A stretch of 64,000 nt of DNA from the NCBI RefSeq assembly GCF_000143415.4, contig NW_003314361.1:1-64000 (forward strand), in the 5' to 3' direction. The DNA comes from Selaginella moellendorffii. Its lineage: Eukaryota > Plantae > Lycopodiophyta. Positions 49,362 to 63,388 of this stretch are shown here, piece after piece. A model generated the notes under the pieces. The model was given only the letters and a program-made list of their open reading frames with translations, ran no database searches and had not been told where the DNA came from. The position numbers and the translations under genes are program-made. Positions within the stretch are counted from its first letter, which is position 1, and every line of letters starts with the position of its first letter.

Positions 49362-52300
49362 TGTTAGGCACTAGCTTTGACCATGTGGTCAACGTCGGTC
49401 AAAGGGAGGCTCAAGGGTATATTAAGGCATGTTAAGGTAAGGGACTTAACCGACCCTAGGGCTCACAGTGGAGCGGTGGCGCATTGGAACTTTTGAGGTA
49501 GCTCGGGGGTAGTTGGGTGGTGAGGAACCTCAAGAGGTGGCATAGCATAGTTTAGGGTGATTAGATCTCTGTCTTTTTGCGCCGGATCATAACATTCGTA
49601 TTAGAGAAGTTGGTTGTAATGGCCAACCAAGCTGAACGTTGGAATCTTATTGTCAATGGTTTGTTCAGTTGCCAATGGTGCCACGAAGCTCCGGAGATTT
49701 GGACCATTCAAGATGTAGTTTATGAGTTGCGAGCCCTTAATTGAAATTAGCAAGAGATGCAAGATAAAATGCTTGGCATGATGGATACCATGCGTGAGCG
49801 TGTTGAGGCACTTGAGGCTGGATGGGGTAGCGCTCTAAGTAAGCCTTCTTTGGTAGATTGACTCAAGATTCCAACTTTTTCTGGTGATGGTGGTGTGGAC
49901 GAGTGTCTCACTTGGCTAGCCAATGTGAAGAAGTTCTTGGCTGCTAGGGGAACTCTAGATGCAGAGGCTTTAGTGGCTATTCCGATGGTTTTGCGTGATG
50001 TGGGTCTTTGATGGTGAAATTGGCTTAAGGAATCTCGTGTTGCGGATAAGAAACCACCAGTGTCTACCATGGATGAGTTTGAGGTTGCTTTCCATTTATG
50101 TTTTGCCCCTCATTACGACGTGAAGAATGCTCATATAGAACTTCGACATTTCCAGCAAGGGAAAATGACGCTCAGGGACTATATTGAGAAGATTATTCAC
50201 TTGATTAGTCGTGTTCCAATGAAGGATCCAGATCAAAACAAGTCCTACTTCATTGATGGCTTACATAGTGAGAGCATGTGGCAACACTTGCGTCATTCTC
50301 AGCCTACAAAGAGCTTTTTGATGCGGCTCGTCGACTTGACAATGACAAGCACAAGTCTCGCAAGTGTTCGCGGAGTCCTTCTATCGAAAATTGTTGTGAT
50401 AATTGCCGTGGACACAAAGATGGGAATCACACCACAAGTTGATTGACATCTGGCTGGTCTAATTTGCTCCAAAGTCCAACTCTGTTGGTTGGCTAGTGTA
50501 ATCTCCTGAGTTTGGACTTCCCGGGAGGTCACCCAGCCCACTACCATTCAAACCCAAGGACGCTTAACCCCAAATATCCCAAGACCCTTAACGGATTGGA
50601 AAAGGGGGTGCAATCTTATTCATAAGCCCTTTCCCTCTATATTTGAACCCTATAGATCGTCTCTCAAGTTGTTCGCTTTGGTTACTTACAATCCACCACG
50701 CTTCCCTGCAAGTTCACGCCCTCGTAAACGGAAGCTGAGAGTTGCAGCTCTCCCGAGAGCCTCACTCTCTTGACACCCTACCCCTCAGGTCAAGCCCAGC
50801 GGGAGCAAACTAGACCAGCCAGATGTCAATCAACATGTGGTGTGATTCTCCTAGCCAACTAACAGAGTCGGACCCGAGACCCCCCTCTGATACCAAATGT
50901 AAGCTCCTGAGTTTGGACTTCCCGGGAGGTCACCCAGCCCAGTACTATTCAAACCCAAGGACACTTTAACCCCAAATATCCCAAGACCCTTAACCGATTG
51001 GAAAAGGGGGTGCACTCTTATTCATGGGCCCTTTCCCTCTATATTTGAACCCCATGGATCGTCTCTCGAGTCGTTCCCTTTGGTTACTTACAGCTAGGGG
51101 AATCACACCAACCAACAGATATCGCGGATATTCATCGTGTGGATCTTATTCTTGGGATGCCATGGTTAGTGAAGGTGGATCTAAAGATAAAGTGAAGTAT
51201 TAAGTGCATCTCGCTGAAGTATGGTGGCGTTAAAGATGTGTGGTTTGGTGAGGGCGTTCAACCACTAGTTGTTATGCTCTCTGCTACATCTTTGAAGTGG
51301 GCTTGTTGTAATGGAAAAGCACTTTCGAGTTACTTGATGTTTGTTCGTGACTTGGGGGACCAAGGCACGTGTGGGGGAGAAGCAACAATGTGAATGTGTA
51401 TTGACTACTGTGCTTTGAACAAGAAAACAATGAAAGATAAGATGCTGATGCTACGTGTGGATGATATCCTAGACAAGCTTGGTGAAGCATGAGTGTTTAC
51501 CAAGATTGATATGAGGAGTGGATATCATCAAATCTCAATGAATGATGCATCTATCTCCAAGACGGCATTCAATACGAGCTTCAGACATTTTAAGTTTACA
51601 GTTATGCCGCTTGGTTTGACGAATGCACCAGCCACATTTACTCGGTTGATGACGGAGGTATTTGGGCGTTATCTTCATGAGTTTGTGGAGATTTTCCTGG
51701 AAGATATTCTTGTTTTTAGCAAGAATATGGAGGAGCATAAGGTGCATTTGTGCAAGGTTCTTTTGTTACTCCGAGACAGCAAACTTTATGCGAATAAAAG
51801 CAAATGTGAATTTGCAAAGTCGGAGTGGAATATCTAGGCCATATTATGACATCTAAGGGTGTCAAGACGGATCCAAGGAAAGTGGCTATGGTGGAAAACT
51901 AGCCTACACCAACTATAGTGGCCGAGTTGCGCAGTTTTCTTGGTATGGCTAATTACTACTGACGTTTCCAGCATAAGTTTGCAGAGGTGGCTATTCCTTT
52001 GATGCGGTTGTTATGCAAGAATGTGCCATTTGAGTGGAAGAAGCCACAAGAGGAGAATTTTGTGGCACTGAAACGATTGTTGAGCGAGACTCCAGTGCTT
52101 CGCATTGTTGATCCATCGAAACCTTACAAGGTGACATGCAATGCGAGTGGTTATGCACTGGGAGGAGTTCTCATGCAAGAGGGATAGCCTATTGCATATA
52201 AGAGTCAAACTTTGAATTCTGCAGAGCAACGCTATTCCATATATGAGCAAGAAGTACTCTCTATTGTTCATACTTTGCGAACGTGGCGGCACTATCTTTA

Positions 52301-54139
52301 TGGTGCAGTGTTCGTGGTGTTAACAAATCACAAACCACTTGTGTATCTTTTCACACAGAAGGAGTTGAACACTAGGCAAGCTCGTTGGATGGTCAAACTC
52401 ATGGAGTTTGGGGAGTTTCCTATTGAGCATTGTCCGGGAAAATCAAATGTGGTGGCAGATGCTTTATCTCGTGTTCATCATGTGACGATGTTACGACAAC
52501 AATTTTGTCATCATTTGAGTAAGGTGGTCAGCGAGTTTGGGCAGTTGGTTGAGCATGCTCAGGCTCAGGATGCTGAGGTGGCCTCTTTGCGAGACTAGAT
52601 GGAAGCCCCTTTCTCATTGGTGGATGGGATTCTCTATTACAATAGCCGTGTGTATTTGCCACGGGTGGATGTGTTAATTACTCAAGTTTTATTCCACTAT
52701 CATGATCGTCCAAAGGCCGGTCATTTTGGGGGGAAGAAGACATATGAGTTGATTAAGCGCAACTTTTATTGGAGGAATATGAAGGCTGATATCCTCAAGT
52801 ATTGTAAATCATGAGAGCTTTGTCAGCGGGTTAAGGTGCCACGGGAGAAGCCGGGGGGACTTTTGCAACCTTTACCTATTCCTTAGAGCCGTTGGTGTAA
52901 TATCTCTATGGACTTTATCACTTGTTTGCCACGAACACAGAGGCAAAAGGAGCAAGTATGGGTAATAGTGGATCGGTTGACGAAGTATGTGCGGTTGGTG
53001 GCTTTTTGGAAGATTGTCACTGCCTCAAACTTGGCTACAGTTTATTTGGAGAAGGTTTTTCCTGATTTTGGTTTGCCAAAGGACATCATTAGTGATCGAG
53101 ATTCAAAGTTCACTAGTGGATTTTGGAAAAGCTTTGCAAATGCTATGCAAGTGACTTTGAAACTCTCGAGTGGAGATCATCCTCAGACGGATGGGCAAAC
53201 CGAGCGTGTGAATTAGGTGGTGGAGGATATGCTACATTGTAGTATTGGTCAAAGGCAAGGACAATGGGATCTATATCTTTCGTTGGTGCAATTTGCTTAC
53301 AACAATAGCCAACACAGCCGAACCAAGCTAAATCCTTATTTTGCCATGTTTGGAAGGCATCCTCGAACAACGGTGGAGTTGAGATTGCATTTGAGTAAGG
53401 ATGTTCAAGATAAGCTTGATTCCGAGGCAACTAATCTGGCCACAGAACTTGATGAGATTCTGGTGGTGTGCAAATGAAATTTGCAAGGAGCTCAGGATAG
53501 AGTGGAGAAATTTGCCAATGAGCATCGCCAATTCCGGGAATATAAGGTGGGTGATCTTGTCTTTGTGCGAGTGATCTTTCCGTCAAGTGAGCGGTGGAAC
53601 ACCTTGGTGCCTTTTTGGACAAGGAAGAGTGATAAACTTTCCCATTGATATGCTAGTCCATATGAAGTGCTAGAGCGCATTGGTAAAGTAGCTTATTGGG
53701 TGCGGCTGCCAGCTGGGGTGAAAATTCATCCGGTATTTTATGTCAGCCAGTTGAAAAGTGTACTATCTCGGAGTGACGGGCCCAATGCCTCCTTGATGTA
53801 TATGGTTGTGGAAGATGGACCAGGAGCTTGAGTAGGGTTCCCTAGAAAGGGTGATCACTAGTACAACTCATCCTTGGGACAAAGACTTTGTTGGGGGGGA
53901 AGAACTTGTTAAATGCCAGCCTTGAACATGTGGTCAACGTTGGTCAAAGGAAGGCTCAAGGGTATATTAAGGGATGTTAGGGTAAGAGACTTAACCGACC
54001 CTAGGGCTCACAGTGGAGCGGTGGTGCAGTGGAGCTTTTGAGGTAGCTCAGGGGTGGTTGGGTGGTGAGGAACCTCAAGAGATGGCGTAGCATAGTCTAG
54101 GGTGACTAGATCTGTATCTTTTTGTGCCGGATCATAACA
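49362..54139 (+). mobile_element. Decayed Ty3/gypsy LTR retrotransposon (family A, copy 2) with internal deletions
   Basis: LTRs at 49362-49594 and 53907-54139; TSD TATGG/CATGG; gag, RT, RNase H and integrase fragments closely match copy 1. Confidence 0.92.
50497..51092 (-). mobile_element. TRIM (miniature non-autonomous LTR element, 596 bp)
   Basis: TGTAA...TTACA LTRs at 50497-50690 and 50898-51092; PBS TGGTATCAGAG at 50885-50895; TSD GCTAG on both sides. Confidence 0.92.
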
Positions 54140-56419
54140 CATGGTGCTTGCTCTTCTTAGATGGGTGGTTCCCTAAGTTGCTAGTTTAAACTTGGTGTGG
54201 GCTCAAAAAGGTTAACCTTTTCTCTCTGTTCAGTGTGGTTTGGATTATACATATTCCTGCATTAATCTTATAAGACTTTGGAAGATTTTTGCAAAATCTT
54301 GGCTAGGAGTCAGATTGTTTTGAAATCTTAGATTATTCTGTTGATCAAGGCTTTCCACTTACATACTAAACACTTTTTATATTTGTAGAAAGCTCATACC
54401 AAATGGATGGATTTATAGCTTACTAGAAATTACTTTTATGAAAAATCATTATCAACTAAATATTTATATTTGTAAGGTTTGTAAATACATGTATGTATAT
54501 ACATGTATTACCATAGCTAGGTAATACACTAATTATAGTACTATAGTATATAGACCGTTCATTTGGGATTGAATCTGGTCCATCCATTCTTATATATAAG
54601 CAAGGTTTAAACCACAATTAATATACCTATTCCTATATCCCGAGCACTCACAATGGTGGAAGTGAGAGGCACTACAATTTGTCTCTAAAGGGCAAAGTTT
54701 TTTGGTAGTGTTTTGATCTAGTGTTCAGGATTGTGCTTTTTTTTTCTTATTTTTCCATTCTCTTTTAGATCTAGATCTATATTAACTTTTTGCAAGATTT
54801 AGAATTCTAGCTATCATTATGCTTAGATTTGCTCTTTTTTTCTGATCTTCATTGCATTCTCTTCTTCTACCATGCAATGCTGTCATCAATCAAGGAATAT
54901 GTCATTTGAGGTTGCTAATGTTGCTTTGTTGGAGTGAACTTTTGGTGTTATGGAGTGTGATCATGTTGGTGTTACATCCATCCTTGGTGTATTGCCATCT
55001 CCAACTTCTGTGGAACGTGATTACATGGTTTATCTTATTCTTAGTGTTTTGCCATCTCCTATTGATATAGAGTGTGATCATGATATTGATTAGCGAGTTA
55101 TGGATGATGCAATCTAGTTTTTGGAGAATGTTCGAGGATCAAGTTTATAGGAAGATGATGTATACAAGCTCAAGTGGATTCTAGAGTGTGATGATAAGCT
55201 TGATTATTATAGAGATAGCTTTGGAGATGAAGTGAAAATTTTGCAGGATAGGTATCAATATTTCAATTTGCCATCTAAGAAAAGGTTGGGAAAGAATCTT
55301 TTCTCTTTCCCTTTTATTCTTTCCCAACCTTTTTTTATTTCTCGGCTTGAACCACTTTCTCATATTCCTAGTATTTCTTCCTCATCTATAGTGTTTTTTT
55401 CTCCTAACATGTCGATCATTTGTGACTCACATGATTTTCATTCTCAATCTAGTGTTGAGTTAAGTGTTTTTTGTCCTCCTTATACTAATCTAGATGTTGA
55501 GTGTATCCATGAAGTTGAGAATATTTTTTTTGTTTAGTTGATAGAATCTTTGATCAATTCTAGTGTTAAGTATTCCCCTATTCCAAAGGTTGAGTCACTT
55601 TGGCTAGAGTTTCAGGTTGAATGCATGTCCCCATTTGTGAGTGCCACTAATAGCCTTTGCTTTACTGTTGCTGTTAGGGAATTTATATATTCCCTTGAGA
55701 GTGTAGATGTTATTATTAATTTTCCCATCTCAAGTGTTAAGCTGTGTGTTGAGGAGGTTGAGCAGTGTGAAATTTTTATTTATATTGTGGTAGCTAAAGT
55801 ATTTTATGATAGGAGGTCCCGTATTTTCCAAGCTTTAAGCACATGTTCTTCTAATTTCCCCATTTCTATATTGCCAGTTATTGCAAATTCCTGAAAAAAG
55901 TGATGGAAGATCATTTGGGGAGATAGTAGTCTCAATACGATGGTGAAGGTGAACCCTAGGAGTATTGTACATGCTGGTTTTAGATGAGTTTTGTAATTGT
56001 CTCCTCTTCTTATGCTTCTTTATCAACTTTTTCTTCTTCCACAATTAATTTTTCTTGTTTTCTCCTTTTTTCTCTGACACTTCAAACTTTTTTATCGGCC
56101 TGTTGGACATCATGCTGAACCTTATAAACTTGTGGTTCAACTTGCTGCAACACCCAATATAGCCCTTTCCACTAAGCAAGGAGTCCCTTAGATAAACCAT
56201 ATACCGTAAGATGGGGAAAACAGACTAACACCAAATCATCCACTTTGTACTTCGCAGATGGATGATGATGGGAGTTGTAGCGCCGTTGTTGTCCCACTTA
56301 TACGCGGCCTAAGTGTTCAATAGACTCCACTCAGATAAGTGGAAGAATGCTCATCAAATACTAATCCCACGACTTAGCATCGGTAGCTTGTGGCAATCGC
56401 GAAGGTAAACCCAACTCCG

Positions 56420-57064
56420 TTGGTAATATATCGTCCGTTAAACAAAGTGACAATTCTGGATGTGTACCCTCTTCCTCACACTGTTGATCTCTTGGATCGT
56501 CTGGGGCAAAGTCGTTAGTTCACCAAGCTAGATCTTGCTTCTAGGTACTGGCAAGTATCGATGGCTGAAGAAGATATTTTTAAGACTATTTTTCATACAC
56601 CATTTGATTTGTATGAGTTCTTGGTGATGCCGTTTGGTTTGAACAATGCTCCAACAACTTTTTATTGGATGATGGACGAAGTTCTTTGCGATATGCCCAA
56701 GGTGATTGCTGACTTCATTGATGATGTGTTGATCCACTCGAAGGGGATATGGGGGAGCACATTCGTGATGTTTGTAAAGTGTTAGATTGGGTATGGGACA
56801 TTGGTTTAAAGTTGAAGCAGTCGAAGTGCATGTTTGGGTCTAAGGACACGACTTATCTTAGGTACTGTATTTCTTATGAGGGTTTGCAAGTTGATCTTGA
56901 CAAACTTGTGGTTGTTCTAAAATTCCCTACTCCAAAGTGTGTGAATGATATGCAGTGCTTTCTGGGCAAGGTGCAGTATTTCAGTCGTTTTGTGGATTAT
57001 CTTTTTGATTGCACTACCCTGTTGCAAGCATTGTTGAAGTTATCAACATCATTTTCCATTTGGT
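56420..57064 (+). pseudogene. Old Ty3/gypsy RT fragment (target of the young element)
   Basis: [35 protein letters not shown] and FIDDVLI, with a frameshift. Confidence 0.85.
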
Positions 57065-57854
57065 TGTAAGCCACAAATTTTTCCTTTCCAATTTGCCAGC
57101 TTACCTCGTCTATCCGTCCAACACTGCCTTGGCTTTTGCTAAGTTCCCTTGCCAAGGTTCTCGCCTATGGTACCAGCTCCTACTTGGTTTCAGCTACTCA
57201 CTGCACGAGCAACAGAGTGTTAGCCATCCTTCCACGGATTCCCAAATCACTCCCAATCCCCCTCCCCGGGTTAGACTGGACTTAAGGTTCGGCTACACTC
57301 CCCGCAGGCACAAGCAGCCAAGCACACCAAGCTTCCAGGTTCCTAACATCCCTTGGTACCACAAGACTTGATCATGGGACCCTCTAAATCCCAAGTCTTG
57401 AGTGCAACACTAGCTTCGGGACGCCGGGGCGAAACACCGTGGCCTAACGGCCCGGTATGGGTACCTCTCGCCCCCCACTTCCATCCCGAAGGAAGGCCCA
57501 AGCCCCTAGGAAGGGCGAGGACCAATGAGCCGCATGGTACTCAAGTGGGGCACCACTCCACATGAGCCGGGAGCACCGCAATCGGTTTCCCTTTCGGGAG
57601 TGGGAGCTGCTCTTGAGCACTTCCTTGGATGGCCCCTCCGGCACCAGCCAAGTCCATGCTCACTCCCACCCAAGGCCCCTTAGTCCCAGTCCCAACCTCA
57701 AGTCGGTTTGGAAGCCCAACTGGAGAGTCCCTTCAAAACTGGTTCCTGGACCTCACTATCCCTACTATACTTTTGGAACCCCCTGCAGCCCCCCCCCCCT
57801 GGGGGACGCACGCTTTGGGCTTTCACCCCTTGACCCATATTAGTATTTGGACTT

Positions 57855-58120
57855 AGTCTCTGGCTCGATCTCGGATCCGATTTCGGATCCGACTTCGGAT
57901 TCGGTCTCGGACTCGATCGCGGACTCGATCTCGGACCTGATCTCGGGCCCGACCTCGGACTCGACTTCGGACTCGGTCTCGTACCCGATTTCAGATCTCG
58001 GACTCCGTCTCGAACTCGGTCTCGAACTCGGACTCGAACTCGGTCCCCGAGTCGGTCTTGGACTCGATTCCGGACTCTATCTCGAACTCGGTCCTAGAGT
58101 CGGTCTTGGACTCGATCTTT
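57855..58120. repeat. Degenerate 6/12-bp (CTCGGA/CTCGAA) array inside the LTR
   Basis: Direct reading of the sequence. Confidence 0.8.
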
Positions 58121-58615
58121 GACTTGGTCCCATCCGATGAACTCTTTGTCATTTTGGTCATGCTTTCGGGGTTCCCTTAGCCTACGACACCTCGGCGAGT
58201 TGGTTCCTTACAACTCCACCACCCATAGAAGAAGTTTGATGCCCACATCGAACGTCTCTTTTTTATCCTATGACTTGTTGACCATGTCTCCGGGGGCATC
58301 CTCCCACTTAGCGGTGTGCCTAAGTTAACCTCCCCAGCCAAGAGCTCATGACAACGGAATATAGGTGTCCCTATACTCCTCCCCTCACCACGCCCTAGTA
58401 TGGGGTCGGGACTTGAACCCAGCCTTGCTTTACTAGGGGGTTGGGACTCGAACCCAACCTCCGTAGAATACGTCTACGGTTTCGACATCCCCGCAGGGAG
58501 TCGGGCGTAGCTCCCTACGCCTGGTCGACCTAGCTAACCCATGCTAATTAGCTTACCTTTGATGCGCCATCGGGTCCCAACATATGCCATTGCTCAACTT
58601 CTCAAATTGATACTT

Positions 58616-61600
58616 TTAATTGAACTTTGCATAAGTACATAGAGTTCTGCCATGCAGAAATTCCTCCACTAGATCTCGCGCGTTCGCTAGGTTCTCCTCC
58701 GGTTCCCATGTTGCTTCGCAGTGTGGAAATCCTTTCCACTTCACATGGAACTCTCTCACCTCGCGTCCTTGTCGCTTGCTCTTGCGCGCATTGAGGATGG
58801 CCTCGACTTCGTATTCCTCCTCCCCTTGGATAACCTCAGGTAAAGGTCTTACTTGGTCCTTGCGAAGCGGATCCTCAAAATACGGCTTGAGTAAGTTCAC
58901 GTGGAACACGGGATGCATCTTCCCCATCTCTCGAGGAAGTCGGAGACGGTAAGCCACTTTACCGATTCGAGCCTCAATCTCGTAAGGCCCCGCGAACCTG
59001 CTTAAGGAACTCAAGATCAATTCATTTGCAGGAATACATGCATTTTTACCTTTGGGTCAACTTCCGGCTGATCCCACTTGGTAGCCTGAGGTTCTTGGTG
59101 TTCAGCCACACCTTCTCCCCAGCTTGGAACTCCACATCTCGACGCTTTTGGTTCGCGTACTTAGTTTGCCTTTGTTGAGCCCGTTCCAAGGAATCCCTCA
59201 CTAGATTCCAAAAGTTGAGTCTTTCCGCCGTGAATGCCTCCACTGCGGGTAACTCTCCATGATACTCGGCCACGCCGAGTTCCACAGGATCTTCAATAGC
59301 TCGCCCATTGATGACTTCCCATGGACTCACCCCGATGCTCGAATGTGGTGAGTTGTTATAACACATTTCCGCAAGTCCCAAATGACTTACCCAGTCGGTC
59401 TGGTCTCCCGAGACATAGCATCGCAAATAATCCTCCAGCTGCCTATTCACCCTTTCCGTTTGTCCGTCTGTCAAGAAGTGTTAGTGCCATCAATCTTGAC
59501 TCAATACTCATTACCTGTCTGTGGGTGATAGGCCGTGCTGAATTTCAACTTGGTGCAATATAGTTCCAGGAATGTTCTCCAGAACTTATTGGTGAAGATG
59601 TTATCTCGATCTGAGATAATCTCTTCCGGCCTTCCCCGCACTCGAACCACTTGTTCGAAGAACAGCTTCGCCACACCTTCCGCATCCACATCCGTTGTGG
59701 TGGGTATGAAATGTGCCATCTTTGAAAATCGGTCCACCACCACGAATATCGCATCGAACCCCTCGCTTGGGGGTAGTCCCGTGATGAAGTCCATCGTGAG
59801 ACATTTCCACGGACGATCTGGAATGGGGATGCTTTGCAACAAGCCCCCACTAGCCTTCGTCACGGCTTTGACCTGCTGACATGTTGGACATGTCTTTACA
59901 TAGTCTTGGACGTCCTTAGCCATAGCTGGCCAGTGATACTTCCTTTTGAGTAAGCCCATCGTCTTGGGCACTCCGCCGTGTCCCGCGAGAGGTCCGTCAT
60001 GACACTCTTCCAAGGCTACTTTCCTTAGTTCCCCTTCTGGAACATACACCCTCGTTTGCTTGTAATATATGAGTCCGTTGCGTTCCGCATAGCCCGTTTT
60101 CTCTTCCGTTGGCAGCTCACCTCTCTGGTGAGCTTCCCGCGCCTCCAGATTCCTCAGCAACACTTCTTGTGCTAGACCATCACTCTCGTATGCGGTCCGC
60201 ACATCGTCCCAAAAGGTTGCTGTCGCGCTAGATATCGCCAACTTCAAGCTTGCTTTTCGACTTAGCGCATCTGCCACGATGTTGCTCTTCCCAGGCTTGT
60301 ACAGGATCTCGCAATCAAACTCGGCCAAAGCATTGGCCCACCGACCTTGTTTTCCCCTTAGGTCGGGCTGTGACAAGAAGTGTTTCGTTGCCACATTGTC
60401 CGTGTAAACCTTGAAGTGTCTCCCAAGGTAGTGTCGCCACTCCTTGAGCGCCTTGACCACCGCAAACAATTCCTTCTCGTGGGCAGGCCACTTCCGTTGA
60501 GCCTTGTCCAGCTTCTTCGAGAAGAACGCTACTGGATGGTTGTCTTGCTTCAAAACTGCGCCCAACGCAAAGTCCGAAGCATCCGTGTCTACCTCAAAGT
60601 CCTTACCAAAGTCTGGTAATGCCAACACCGGAGCCTTCCTCAACTTCCCTTTGAGGTGGACGAATGCCGCCTCGCATTCCGCTGTCCATACCATCTTCCC
60701 TTTTCCTGTTTGGTCCGTTAAGGGCAGGGCTACTCTCGAATAGTGTCTGATAAACTTTCGATAGTAGTTGCATAGCCCCAGGAACGCCCTCAACTCATGT
60801 ACATTCGATGGTCGTTCCCATTCTTGGATCGCTTGGACCTTCTCCGGGTCCACCTTGAGCCCGTCCTGGCCCACCACATGCCCGAGAAACTTTACCTCTT
60901 GTTGAGCAAAGTCACATTTGCTCTCTTTAGCATACAGTTTGTGTTCCCTTAGTTTCTCAAACACCTTCGCCAAGTGTTCGGCATGCTCCTCTAGCGTCTC
61001 GCTATAGATCAGGATGTCGTCAATATAGACGACCACGAAGCGATCCAGATAGGGTACAAAGATGTGGTTCATCAACGCCGAAAATGTTGCCGGCGCATTG
61101 CACAGCCCAAAGGGCATCACCAAAAACTCAAAGCTCCCATACCTCGTTTGACAGGTTGTCTTCTCGACATCTTCCTCAGCTACCCTGATCTGGTAGTATC
61201 CTGACCTTAGGTCAATCCTCGAGAAGTATTTTGCCTTTCCCAACCTATCGAACAGGTCCTCGATCCTTGGCAAAGGGTACTTGTTCTTCTTGGTATACTT
61301 GTTGAGCAACCGATAGTCTATGCACATGCGCATAGATCCATCTTTCTTTTTCACAAATAGCACCGGCGCCCCATACGGCGACTTGCTCAACCTAACATAC
61401 CCTTTGTCCACCAACTCCTCTAGTTGGCTCTTGAGCTCCTTGAGTTCTTTTTCGTTCAATCGATAGGGTGGACGAACCACCGCCTCAGCACCCTCGACCA
61501 GCTCAATCTTATGTTTTATCGGTCGTGCGGGGGGCAACCCTGCCGGTAGCTCCTCTGGCATGGTATCCTGGAATTGGTCCAGCACCTGCTGGATCACTAA

Positions 61601-63388
61601 AGGTACTTCTTCCGTTCTTGTCTTTTTGTCACTCTTCACCGAGAGTAAGCACAAAAAGGCTGCCTTAGTTCCTTTAGTGAGTTGTCCTCTCGTGGACACC
61701 AGGTTTAAGCATGACTCTTTGGCCTTGCTTTGCCCTACCTTTAGATCCTGGGCCTCCACCCTAGATCTTCTTCCTTGGGCATTCGCCAATACCACAAGGT
61801 TCCTACCTTGTCCATGCAGGGCTACCACGAACCGATTAAACCAATCCATTCCGAAGATCACGTCAAATCCCGCCATGTCAAAGACAGTGAAATCCATGTC
61901 CACTTTCCATGTCCCCACTTCGACTCTCGCTTGTCGAAGTATCTCATCGGTGCTTTGGCTACCCTGAACAAACTCTATAGTCCTTGGTTCGCCTAACCGC
62001 TGCACTGTTAGTCCGGCTTGCCGGACTATGTCTGCAGCCACAAAATTATCCGAAGCACCCGTGTCAATAAGGATCTTAACAAAGCTACCTCCGAGCTTCC
62101 CTCGGAGGGCTAGTAGATGTCGCGAACGACTCTCTACCAAAGTTGCTCGTGTAATGAGTAACTTTGAGTTAGGGACTGGATCACATACCTCAGTTTGGAC
62201 TTCACCCGACTTGATGGCCATATTGGCTCTGGCCTTCTTCGGGTAGGGACATTCCCTCGAGAAGTGTCCCACTTCGCCGCAGTTGTAGCATACGTTGTTG
62301 CCCACGCTGCTATATGACTTGACCTTCTTATCCGTGGGTTTGTCTTTTTTCGCTTGACTTCCCCACGTACTCGCTCGCTGGCCACCGGCTTTGCCTTTCC
62401 GGAACCCCGAGGACTCATTCTTAGAGAAACTCTTCTTGAATTTCCCCTTGTTATATGTTCCCCTCGGTTTGGCCCCTTTGTGAAATGTGGATCCCGACCC
62501 CGTCGTGTTCCCCTTTCGCAGGTTATCGTTGAAATGCACCTTGATGGCCGCATCCAACGCTTCCTTGTAGTTGGTCGGGTTCCAGCGCATCACCTCACCG
62601 CGAGCCCAGGTTTGCAAACCTGATATAAAGGCATGGAACGCATCCATATCCCCCATGTCCGTGACAAGTATCCTCTTTGCCATGAACCCATTCACATATT
62701 CCTGGATGGTTCCAGTCTGCTTCAGCCTACTCAACTCATCTCTCAGATGCAGAGTGGCATTCGGAGGAACGTATGTCGCGCGGATCCTCGCCTTCATCAT
62801 GTCCCAGGTGGCCACCGGTCCTTCGTTGGCCTCCGTTGTTCTCCACCAAGACTTGGCATTATCTGCCAAGTATGGTTTTGCACATGGGACCTTCTCCGAG
62901 CTCGGTAACCGCAACGCTCGGAAGTAGTCCTCCATATCGTAAAACCAATCCTCCACAACCTTATAGTCGTTCACTCCCTTGAACACCGGTGGGGGCTTTG
63001 GTTTGTACTTGGGAACTGCCTGAGGGACTGATTCCACTTCGGTCTGTTCGACCTTGTCTGGTTTTGCCTCAGTCCCTGCCGAAGGGTCCGCACCTTCTGC
63101 GCTGCCAGCATCCGCAGTCTTTCGCTTTTTCTTCCGCTTCTCGTCACGCTTTAACTTGCATACGAGAGTCTCCAGCAGGGTATTGGTCTGTGCCAACTGT
63201 CCTTCTAGCACGTCCAATCGAGCCTTGGACGACCGAACCTCGCCACCGGACTCCTGTTTGGAAGTTTCCTCACTGGAGTCCTCCTCATGCAAGGATTCCT
63301 CATCCATAGCCTCTTGTTCAACCGGAGGCTCCAGCTCCGGCGGAGGTTCCGTCTCCGCCTGGGTTCGCTTACGCCCTGCCCTTGCCAT
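58616..63388 (-). CDS. Gag-Pol polyprotein (Gag-CCHC, protease, RT, RNase H, integrase, chromodomain), 3 exons, 1557 aa
   Basis: Motifs LIDTGAS, YIDD, HHCC zinc finger, GPY/F and chromodomain YEVEAIL..VKWKGF..TWEP. Exons 63388-59515, 59467-59050 and 58997-58616 splice in frame (4674 nt). Confidence 0.9.

Noticed and set aside
57009-58122. ORFs in the LTR (repeated at 63476-63948)
   Set aside because: They recur only because the LTRs are duplicated, and the Ser/Asp/Leu-Gly ORF derives from a 6/12-bp repeat.
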